The notes under the pieces: generated by a model
Seen by the model: the letters and a program-made list of their open reading frames with translations, nothing else
What the model was told of the DNA's origin: nothing
The model's database searches: none
Part shown: positions 1-10,027 of the stretch, one piece after another
Position numbering within the stretch: the first letter of the stretch is position 1
Layout of the letters: every line of letters starts with the position of its first letter
Translations under genes and position numbers: made by a program
Assembly: GCA_038087875.1 (NCBI GenBank)
Contig: CM075978.1
Location: 180,234,001-180,298,000 of the forward strand
Reading direction: 5' to 3'
DNA from: Malacoraja senta
Taxonomy: Eukaryota
DNA length: 64,000 nt

Positions 1-445
1 CCAGTCTAGAATAGCCTGCTCTCTCGTTGGTTCCTCTACATGTTGGTTTAGATAACTATCCCTCATACATTCCAAGAAATCCTCTTCCTCAGCACCCCTG
101 CCAATTTGATTCACCCAATCTATATGTAGATTGAAGTCACCCATTATAACTGTTTTGCCTTTGTTGCACGCATTTCTAATTTCCTGTTTGATGCCATCCC
201 CAACTTCACTACTACTGCTAGGTGGCCTGTACACAACACCCACCAGCGTTTTCTGCCCCTTAGTGTTTCGCAGCTCTACCCATACCGATTCCACATCCTC
301 CAAGCTAATGTCCTTCCTTTCCACTGCGTTAATCTCCTCTCTAACCAGCAACGCTACCCCACCTCCTTTTCTTTTCTCTCTATCCCTCCTGAATATTGAA
401 TATCCCTGGATGTTCAGCTCCCAGCCCTGGATGTTCAGCTCCCAG
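1..445 (-). mobile_element. CR1-type LINE ORF2 endonuclease fragment
   Basis: Minus strand reads GYSIFRRDREKRKGGGVALLV...VGVVYRPP...IMGDFNLHIDW (APE domain). Confidence 0.85.
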
Positions 446-795
446 CTAGATGCAGGAAGATTGCTCCCGATGTTGGGGAAGTCCAGGACAAGGGGTCACA
501 GCTTAAGGATAAGGGGGAAATCCTTTAAAACCGAGATGAGAAGAACTTTTTTCACACAGAGAGTGGTGAATCTCTGGAACTCTCTGCCACAGAGGGTAGT
601 CGAGGCCAGTTCATTGGCTATATTTAAGAGGGTTAGATGTGGCCCTTGTGGCTAAAGGGATCAGAGGGTATGGAGAGAAGGCAGGTACGGGATACTGAGT
701 TGGATGATCAGCCATGATCATATTGAATGGCGGTGCAGGCTCGAAGGGCTGAATGGCCTACTCCTGCACCTAATTTCTATGTTTCTATGTTTCTA
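446..795 (+). mobile_element. CR1-type LINE 3' end, nested in the opposite orientation
   Basis: KSRTRGHSLRI...FFTQRVVNLWNSLP and a (TTTCTATG)n tail. Confidence 0.88.
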
Positions 796-1900
796 TGTTT
801 CTATAACCACCCTGGAGGTCCTGCTTTTTAGCATTTTTCCGAGTTCTCTAAAGTCACGCTTCAGAATATCCATCCCCTTCTTTCCGACATCGTATGTGCC
901 AACATGCACTACCACTTCTGGCTGTTCACGTTCGCCCCTAAGGATTTTCTGCACTCTGTCCATGACATTCTGGATCCTGGCACCAGGGAGGCAGCACACC
1001 ATTCTCAAATCCCGTCTGTTGCCACAGAAACCCCTGTCTGTACTTCTCACAATGGAGTCTCAAACTACCATGGCGTTGCCTGACGTCGGCCTCTTTGGTT
1101 TTGGCTCAACAGCTCTTTTTGCTTCGGAAGCCAGTGCGCCGCTTAGTGCGTTAATGTCTTCTGTCTCGACAGCTTCTGAGTGGGTGAACCTGTTCACTAG
1201 AGGTACAACACCCGGGGACCTGTGCTCTCCATGTTTAATTCCCTTTCTCACCTTCACCCATCTTCTCTCTTCCAATAACTTAGGTGTAACAATCTTGCTG
1301 TAGGACTCGTCGAGGAACGACTCAGTTTCTCAGACGAACTTGAGGTCATCCACTTGCTTCTCCAGTTCCCCAACATGGTCCTTCAGGAGCTGTACTTGGA
1401 TGCACTTCTCACATTTGTAGCAGCCAGAGGCACCAGCGGTGTCCTTGACCTCCCACATACTGCAAGCATCACACTGAATCAGCTTGCTTGACATCTCCTT
1501 CTTTCATCTCACCCTCTCCAGCGTTTGGTGTGGCGTCCTCCCTCAGCCTCCTCGCCGAAGACTCTCGAGCAAAAGACTCACACCTCCCTCACAAGGCCGC
1601 TCCCTCAGAGCAGCCTTGCTTATATTGACTGATAAATTGCCTAATTCACCAATTAACAATCCAAATTCCTCAGTTTTAAACTGTACCCCCCCTGAGACTT
1701 ACTCGCCTTTCCCACGGGCTTCAGCCAATCAGCTCTTCTCCCTGCCTCTCTTTGTTGCTGCATGTCCAAGATCCACGTAAGCTCTGGGCTAACTCTGGCT
1801 GCTTTTTGGCACTCTTTTTAAATGGTTTCCCCCCTCTGACTCACCTCTGACTCACCTTTCCCACGGGCTTCAGCCAATCAGCTCTTCTCTCTGCCTTTGC
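796..1900 (-). mobile_element. CR1-type LINE ORF1 (Cys-rich region + esterase-like domain) and 5' region, disrupted
   Basis: From the ATG at 1494: MSSKLIQCDACSMWEV...CEKC...; further on VCCLPGARI...QPEVVVHVGTYD; internal stops. Confidence 0.75.
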
Positions 1901-2584
1901 TGCTTGTCCAAGATCCACGTAAGCTGTGTATCTCTGGCTTATTAAAAGTTGTCTGGCTTCTTAAAAGTGTCTCCACTCCTTCTGAACCTGAAATAACTAA
2001 AAGGAAACACATTTGCAAAGATGATGCTTGAACAATTATAACTTTTAAAAAGTTCCGTCGCACATTAGATTGACCGGGAACAAACTCCATGGACTATATA
2101 CCTTGCTCATGCTGGTCTTTTAAAATTTGGCATCACAAGTTGTCAAGTGGTCAAATCTCCAAGAATGCAACAATTTTAAGTTAGCAATCATACTGAAGTC
2201 TTTTGTTGTCTTGGACGTATTTCCGCTTTTTTTGATAATTGATTCTATTTCTAACAATCCAAGCTTTTACTTTAATAAACACGTATCGACTTTTGATTGT
2301 TGAATTTACTTTGTTCTCGTGCCGATGTGCTCCCCTTCTCTTCAGTAATCCACTGCGGGTTTTGTAATGCACATTTGGCCCTTGAATACCTTGGCGCGAA
2401 AGTTGCTGTTGCAAATATCTGCGAAGGTAACAGATTAAAACTTAGGAGCAAGGAGCTAGTTAATTCCTGAATGTTAACAATGGAAAGAGGTTATAACATT
2501 TTTGCTTATAGTCACTTATGGTACCACGGAGACAGGTAGCAGAGGAATGCACAATATATTGTAAGCGAAAAGAATGCAATCAAA

Positions 2585-2706
2585 GATTCTGAAGAAGGGT
2601 TTCGGCCCGAAACGTTGCCTATTTCCTTCGCCCCATAGATGCTGCCTCACCCGCTGAGTTTCTCCAGCACTTCGATTTTCCAGCATCTGCAGTTCCTTCT
2701 TGAACA
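2585..2706 (+). mobile_element. Penelope-like element terminal fragment
   Basis: CTGAAGAAGGGTTTCGGCCCGAAACG...GATGCTGCCTCACCCGCTGAGTT. The motif recurs about 15 times in the window and adjoins GIY-YIG-like fragments at 11640 and 30500. Confidence 0.65.
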
Positions 2707-3230
2707 ATCAAAGATTCAGCTGACTATGGGTTTCCCTTTCTAAATTCCTTGTGTGAGGAAATAGAAGATCCGAATCAATAGCGAAAAACTCTCAGTGGTA
2801 CGCCGTCCGATTGCCATCTAGTGGATGATCAGATCCTTATCAACGACATCACTTGGCTATAATGTATCTCATTTAAATGCTGCAATTGAGGCTTGGGGTT
2901 ATTGGCTGAAATGAAAGAAATTCGCAGCGTGACTAACTCAAAGATCATCACACCCTTCTGCATTCAAGGTGGGATAATCTGTGACAGTAAGCACGGAATA
3001 TACGAGGCTGAATATTTGTCTGCCCTGTCATCTTATGCTCCGGTAGGACAAAGTCTCAATTTGAGAATGAAGTAGAGGTAAATGGATTTCAATATGTGTT
3101 GTCCAAACGCGGTGCACCAACAATGGCTGGGAGAGAAATCATTTTGGCGTAGGAAATCAAAGAAAACATATTTCCTATATCGTATTCGCTGAAAATATAA
3201 ATATACTCAAAATGCATCACGATGCCTTAG

Positions 3231-3238
3231 TCATGTGA
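3231..3238 (+). promoter_or_regulatory. Conserved E-box TCATGTGA upstream of the leader exon
   Basis: Also at 19397-19404 and 62363-62370, and as the reverse complement TCACATGA at 41446-41453; 82-124 nt upstream of each ATG. Confidence 0.4.
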
Positions 3239-3314
3239 TTTACGGCGTCGGAATCACACGCTTCAGGCATTCTATGAAAACCTATTTCTTATGCAAACCC
3301 TTCTCTTTTGCAGT

Positions 3315-6300
3315 ATGCCGGTGAAAGCAATGGTTCGGTACATGGGTCTTCTTGCTTTGGTTTGTCAAGGTATGCTTAGTTTCTGTACCGATTTCGCTAA
3401 TCAAATCATATTTGTCAATATTTTACACTAGTATGCCACAGCAAATTAAATTTACAACGTTTCTGCAATTGCCTTACCACTATTTTCTAATTGTTTTGTA
3501 TTTGTGTATCCATTGGCTCTTTTTCTTGGTGCTGTATGTGCAACTGTTTTCGTCATATTTACTTATTTCTGCCACTGACAAAAGCAACTTCGAGCAAAGT
3601 GGAACAATTCCCCGCAATCCTGAAAGTCTCCAGAGGCAGAAATGAGTCCATGTTCTGCAAATTTCCAATATTAAAAGAAACCGCTGACGTTTCTTGGTGG
3701 AGAGGGGGCGAGAAGACATTTATGGAACCGGACAACAGAAAGCAATTCAAAGTAGACAAGGGAAGCAGTACGTTTACTTTGCTGAATGTGAGTGTCGCAG
3801 ACTTGGGGATGTATTACTGTCGAGTGAAAGATCAACTGCAACTTATCGGCAATGGAACTGGCTCCCAGCTAATTGTGTTAAGTAAGTTTCTTTGTTACGG
3901 GATATGTTCATCTGTTGCAATGTAACTAAAGCTTGCTTGTGGAGAAAATATTAATCTTATCTAGTTCTATAATTTGAATGGTTACTTCCGAGGTGAAAAT
4001 CTGAAATAAAGGGAACATACTGAAAAATATTCCATCCGTCGGTCAATATACGTGCAGCGAGAGTTCTGTTATAGTTTTGTTTTATTTACTCCGGGTTATC
4101 TTACAAAGTCATAGTGACGTTACCCTGGTTATTGCTCTTGTAAATTGGCAGGTCAATTTATATTTTGACCTCCAGCTTTTCAAATACCCAACCAAATTCA
4201 CGTTGCTCCGAATTTCCAGAAAGTTGCTAATTTCCCACCCGACAAACTTTCCCATCAACTAAAATCGGAGGAGAAATGGATCTCACAGTTTTGAGGTGGA
4301 TAATTTGGTTTACACTTTCACACTCTCCAGGAAAGTTCATGGAATGAAAAAAGAAAAAGAAGAACTACAACTGAAATTCTCCGATATTATTTCTTATTTA
4401 AAATAGATCCATGGTTATATCATCGTATAGAATAGAGCTTTGCTTGGTAATAATTTATATGGCACAAGGGAGTAAAAGGTGATATCGCTTTATTAATTAA
4501 TAATGATCGTACAATAAGATGTTATTACATCAATGAAAGAAAGTAAAAATGCTTAAAAACAAACGACATTAAGGAGATTACGCAATGAATTGACAAAAAA
4601 ATGTACAATTAACTCTCCCGCTCGCTAAATATTACTGACAGTGGCTCCAGCACAAATGGAACCATGTTCATTAATGTCTTGTTAATAAAATATATGAAAT
4701 GAGAAACAGAGTTTGCTCGGTTCATCCTTGCGTGTTTTTCGAGTAAATCGATTGTTGTCGCCGTTCTGCCATTCAGTGCAGTCCATTTTCTGTAACTACC
4801 ATATGCACATAAGAAAGAGCAAATGTTCAGAAGAAATGCGTGATTTTGAATTCAACATAAAGCACTGTCACGGAATCTTACCAAGCAATACATGTGTCAC
4901 ATTCCTTCATAATAATCGCGCGTACCCCGCGAGGCAGCAGTACTAAAGTTCACTCCATTCATGCTTTGTTTCAATTGCACTACTTATCTTGAATTCCTCC
5001 GTAAAATAATTTATAACAAAATTATAAACTCAACAAACAACCACACGAATAACAGGAGGCAACAGCAACTACTCAGCGACAATTATGTTAATTGAAATAA
5101 AATATATTTTATAGTTTCACGCTTTTTATATTGTTCCAGCTCCCCCAACTCCATTGAAAATTGTTGCTATTGAAGGAAGTGCACCGCATTTGCCGCAACT
5201 CGTGTGCAAAACGGCTGCGTTTTATCCAGAGAAATTAGAAGTTATCTGGCAAAGAAACAACGTGGAAATTTTGACCGGTATTGAAACCGTGAGAAACAGA
5301 ACAGCGGATGGATTTTATGAGGCTTCCAGTTTTTTGCACGATACGCAGCCTGCTCCAGGCAAAACTGTTTACACCTGCCTGGTATCACACATATCTCTTA
5401 CAGTCCCTGCCAGTTTCAGCTACATTGTCGAGCAAGGTAAGCCGGGAGGCATTTAACGCATACTCCAGCCGCCGAGAAATACAATCTGAACAAGGGTCTC
5501 GATCCGAAATGTCTCCCATTCCTCTCTCCAGAGATGTTGCCTGTCCCGCTGAGTTACTCCAGCTCTTTTGTGTCTATTTTCTAATACAATTAGATAGTTG
5601 TGCAAATACAAACATCCAGATCCTTTTCATATTTACTGGAACCTGCGGTGGCGGGTCCAGGGTGTCAGATCCAGAATATAGAATGCATTCTGACTTTTTA
5701 AACTGTTGTCAAACTACCGGGCGTAGTTTTGTAAAATGAAAATGAACAGTCATCTTAACTTAACCTCTGCAAAGAGCCACCGTATAATGTGATCTGTTCT
5801 ATAAATTCGTCATTACCGTACAGTGCGTGCCATGTGGCAGTCATAAAATCTTTGTGCAGAAAATATTGAACGATTGCTCTGCCTTCTTGTCTCCCGGTCC
5901 CTGTGTGTGTATTTATGTTTCACTGTTCTAATTTTTCGCCATATCCAGAAACCCCAGAAACCACGGACAAAACTCTAATTCTCGGATGTGTCGTGGGCGG
6001 ACTGTCATTTGTAGTTCTGCTTATAATTTTGACAAGATTCGCATTAAAGGCACAACGAGGTAAGAACCTTGTATAATTTTCCATTTCATACACCCGATAG
6101 AAAAGCGGTTGGTGCATTCTGAGAAGTATTGAAACAAGAATCTAGCTATTAGTTGTAAGTTAAACTACAATTATTTCCCCTGCCCTTTCGAATTATTCAA
6201 TCATCCATCGATTGTGTGTTTTTCAAACATCTATATTATTAGCGTGTTGATTTGCTTTAACGTCAAAATTTGAAGTATGAGTTATTTGGTGTAGACCTTC

Positions 6301-8583
6301 GCTTCCTCGGGTTGTGCAGATCTAACGCGGATTGTATATATGAAGGTAATGCACAACACATTACATTGTGGCGATGGTACTCCGATACGTATACGGGATT
6401 GTCGCTGCCTTCAAGGGTCCATAGGCAGTAGATGTGATTATAATCTAATACTGAACTTACATTTTCCTGACATTCAAATGTTATTCGAGATTTCTTTTTT
6501 TTCATGTAGGTATTAATGCAAACTCCGTGGAAGCAAGTCATAGCGTGGAACCGGTAGGTGAAGCTATTCTTCTTGTTTCCAAGAGGAATGGACGAGTACA
6601 GAAATTATACGATCAGCAGAGAATATATCAGTTTCATTCCATATAATTTTAGAACATTGCAGCGCAGAAGGAAACCATTTTGCTTGTCACCTCTAATATT
6701 GGAAGGGGCGCAGCGAGTAAACCTGCAGTCTCATAGTTCTGTCCTGATCAGGTTCAATCCTAATCTCCAACGGTACTGTGGGTGATTTGCATCTTATTCT
6801 TGTGTGGTTTTCGGCCGGATGCTCTACTCCCCTTATACCCCAAAGTAATGCGGATTGCTCGGTTACTTCGCTACTATAAATTGCGACCTAAGAATGAAAG
6901 TACATGAAAGTGCATAAGGGCAGACGATAAACTCGTCCCACTACCAGGTGCTCAAATAGGCCAGGTTGCCTGCGAGATACGGTGGGCACTGGGATCGCTG
7001 CATGAAATATATAGGGATGCCGGAAACGGCGACAACGGAGACTGAATAAGATGGCGGGAAGTGAGAAATTGATCGCATTTGGAGGAGATATTCTTCAAAT
7101 GAATCGCAAGCTACAATATTAATAAACAAGTTGAACACGGGCACTTTGAATCCTCTCGGGAAAGACATTCTGAGAAATATAATTGAATGCAGTTCAAATG
7201 GTATCGTGCCCTTTTTTGCAATTATTCTGTATGTTTATGTTTCAGACTCACTCTTTAAAACTACATCAGACACTCTGCTAACTGTGTTGAATATCACTTT
7301 CTAATAGGCTCGGCAAGCGTCAAGTGGAGATGCCTCTGCCTACGCAACACTAAACTTGAGTGAGGGCAAAAAAATTACCAAATATCGACGAAAGGAAGAG
7401 CATGTTGTCTATGCCGAGGTAAGGGCAAAGTATTTGCACGAAAATAATTCCAAGTAAATACCAGATGAAAGGAAATTATTTCCGTTGATTATGAAGTAAC
7501 CTTGTACGACTGTGGAAAAGCCGAAATGGCGAATTTCCAATTGTGACGTTGAAACCAAATAGAGCCGAACAACACATTCAGCTGCACGACGTCATCCCAA
7601 TGCAAAATTACCTTTATCTCTGTTCCCGGGTTTAATGTAGAATGCTGTCCAAAATTAATGGGAAATTAAGAAACAGACAAGGTAAGGAACAGCCAACCGG
7701 CTTTTCCACCCAACGGGCATATCCAGCGCCACGAAATATGAGAAATTCAGACAATGACAGGAGGAACAGATTGAAATTTGAATTCAGGAAATCCACCTTA
7801 ATAAGGGACAGGTGGCAGGAGGGCACTGGACCTCAGAGAGGTTTATTATATTATTTATAGAGTACTATGTTTACTTATTCTGTTGTGCTGCTGCAAGTAA
7901 GAATTTCAGAGTTCTATCTGGGACATATGACAAGCACTGTTGACAGTGTTTCCCTATTATCTAACAAAGATCACACAGTGAGAGAGATATTATGGCTTCT
8001 CCTCGTATATCCAGCCACAAGGTAAAACAAATTCTGGCCTTATGTGCTGTCATTTTGAACGTTATTTATTACATCCTCGCGGGTTTCCCGAGGTGCTCCG
8101 AATGTTTCGCACATCCCGAATCACGTGAGGGGTTGTAGACTAATTAGACATTTAAAATGTCCCGTGTTTAGGCAAGTGGTATAATCTAGGAGTGAGCGAA
8201 GTGTTGATGGCAATGTGGAGAGAATAAAATTGAATATTTTTCATGAATATTTGTGTTACACTGTTCGCTAGACCAAGAAAGGCTCCGCGGAAGACTGGAT
8301 AAATCATATGCACATAAACTCTTATACCTTATCTGCAATCTGGAAATGATAATTGTTGGTTATATTCCAATCGTATTGAAAAATCGATTGCTTTCCTAAG
8401 TCACTGTACAATGGGTTAACAGGCAATATTGAATATATTTCACAGACCAAACGAGGCGGAGATGACAAACTGACTTACGCCTCCCTGCAGCTTTCCAACT
8501 CCAAGGAAACATCGCTATCTAAGCACAATGACAAATACTCAGTGTACGCGGGTGTAAAGGTTTCAAGGAAAGCGAGAAGTTGA
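3315..8583 (+). CDS. Gene A: SIRP-like IgSF inhibitory receptor (leader-VJ-C1-TM-4 Tyr tail), ~371 aa, 8 predicted exons
   Basis: Exons 3315-3369 (MPVKAMVRYMGLLALVCQG), 3585-3881 (V), 5140-5436 (C1), 5949-6059 (TM), 6510-6553, 7308-7429, 7970-8021, 8446-8583. All introns are GT-AG, phases are compatible, and the 1116 nt total is open to TGA at 8581. Tail motifs: SAYATL, VVYAEV, LTYASL, SVYAGV. The donor at 7430 (AA|GTATTT) is weak, so the exon 6-7 join is the least certain part. Confidence 0.8.
3585..3881 (+). CDS. Gene A IgV exon with J-like end
   Basis: ATSSKVEQFPAILKVSRGRNESMFC...SWW...TLLNVSVADLGMYYCRVKDQLQLIGNGTGSQLIVL. B-strand Cys, C-strand Trp, DxGxYYC, GxGT/S motif; 297 nt, phase 1-1, AAG acceptor, A|GTAAGT donor. 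Confidence 0.93.
5140..5436 (+). CDS. Gene A Ig C1-set exon
   Basis: PPTPLKIV...LVCKTAAFYPEKLEVIWQRN...DGFYEASSFL...YTCLVSHISL. C1 hallmarks (CxxxxFYP, W, YxCxVxH); 297 nt, phase 1-1, TTCCAG acceptor, G|GTAAGC donor. Confidence 0.92.
5949..6059 (+). CDS. Gene A transmembrane exon (uncharged core)
   Basis: ETPETTDKTLILGCVVGGLSFVVLLIILTRFALKAQR; 111 nt, phase 1-1, G|GTAAGA donor. Confidence 0.85.
7308..7429 (+). CDS. Gene A cytoplasmic exon with two tyrosine motifs
   Basis: ARQASSGDASAYATLNLSEGKKITKYRRKEEHVVYAEVRAK after a CTAATAG acceptor. Phase 0 is supplied by the 44-nt exon 6510-6553 (GINANSVEASHSVEP). Alternative donor at 7419. Confidence 0.75.
8446..8583 (+). CDS. Gene A terminal cytoplasmic exon with two ITIM-like motifs
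   Basis: TTTCACAG acceptor, then TKRGGDDKLTYASLQLSNSKETSLSKHNDKYSVYAGVKVSRKARS*. AATAAA motifs near 8787 and 8832. Confidence 0.85.
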   Translation, partial: TKRGGDDKLTYASLQLSNSKETSLSKHNDKYSVYAGVKVSRKARS

Positions 8584-9532
8584 GAAGCGAAAGACGCTTC
8601 CGTGGATTAAGAATTTATTTTTTCCACGGTCTGCACATCAAGGAGCAATGATCACAATAAAATGCACGCGCAAAGACAGTCCTTACTTTCACTTTGCATA
8701 GTGATTGGTTGTCGGAAATTGTTGTTGACCCTCTAAATGATCCGTGTTTTGATGCGGAAAGCGGAGCTAGCGGCTTAAAACCGATTAAAATAAATAAACA
8801 TGTGCTCTTGCTTATATATGTCGTTTTATTCAATAAAAAAAACTGCACATGGCAAGATATCATCAAAGCATCGCAATGTCCTCTAGTGATAACTTTTTTT
8901 CACGAAGGATGTCTCAAAGTTAATACCACGTTATGCAATTGTTTAAATATATTGTTGTTTAATCAAAACGGTTGTCAATCAGTCCTTGGCTTCACGAATG
9001 ATTCAAACGGCGCATTGTAACGTTGGTATTTCAAATTCGAAGTTCTGTAAGTGAGATCTTACGGTGAAAAGCTTTATTTTGCATGTTATCCAATGAGATT
9101 AGCTTGGAGACAGGCCGAATTCCCTCAGGCTCCTAAAAAGGCATGAGATCGATTCATGGCCTGAATAAATGGCCTAAAACCCATTCATTCCTTCTCTCCA
9201 GAGATGCCATCTGACCCGCTGACTTACTCCAGCATTTTATGTCTCCCTCCTAAAAAGGCCTAGGTGTGTCATCTTGACTGTCGCGTCAACATGGTTGGTT
9301 CAACATAGTTGGTTCACCACAGATCGTTGGTAATATAAACGCCGAGGAACTTGAAGCACATTTCACTTTGCACAATTGACGCTGTTTGGGCCATGTACTC
9401 CACCAAACTTCCTAAAGTCCATAAGTAGTTTCTTCCTCTTACTGACATTAGCGCGATTGCTTATCTATACGCCATGTTACTAAGTTCTGTATCTCCTTCG
9501 TGTGCTCCATTTCGTCATTGTTTTTTATTCAG

Positions 9533-9799
9533 CCCAGCACAGTGGAGCTATCTGCAAATGTATTACAGTCGGATTTGACCACACCGTTGTGAGTGCATGG
9601 GGGGACATACTAGGGGACTGGGAACATAGATCATGGGTGTTGAGAAATATTGTGAAGGAGACGTTGTCACAAATCCTCACTGAATGTGGTCAGTGTGTCA
9701 GAACGTTCAGTGATAGTAAACAAGAAAACGTAGGGCTGTACAGCGGGACCAGAACGCATCCTGGCTTTGAAATTCACGATGAGACTGAAAGGAGAGAAG
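9533..9799 (+). pseudogene. Possible degenerate Ig C1-like pseudo-exon
   Basis: Polypyrimidine-AG acceptor and AAG|GTAGAA donor. Across frameshifts it reads PSTVELSANV..PL.CE..G.Y...RSWVLRN...SVSERSVIV..GLYS(G)TRTHPGF. Confidence 0.3.
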
Positions 9800-10027
9800 G
9801 TAGAAGAGCACGGAACAGAAACGATTCGTTAGGCCCACTGTGCGTGTGTGCCTTTGATGCCAATTTAAACTAAATCAACCAGTCTGCACATTATATATAT
9901 TTCCCCATTGCCTGTTGTTCATGTGCATGTCTAAATGCTCTTTAAATGTTGCCATCGTATCTGCGTTTGCCTTCTCTCCCTCCAGCAAGATCCAGGCACC
10001 TACCACCCGCTGTGTAAAAAAAATGTA

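Noticed and set aside
3585-3881. Calling the genes TCR, Ig light chain, NCR3 (NKp30) or SIRPA outright
   Set aside because: Features are mixed (NKp30-like J motif and TM Arg, SIRP-like C1 and tail); orthology needs a phylogeny, so no gene symbol is assigned.
7641-7681. Exon-like 41-nt segment in the gene A tail (TAG acceptor, G|GTAAGG donor)
   Set aside because: Stops in two frames and phase-incompatible with the neighbouring exons in the third; at most a poison or minor exon.
7973-7979. CACAGTG RSS heptamer
   Set aside because: Isolated, inside a tail exon, with no nonamer at 12 or 23 bp and not adjacent to a V exon.
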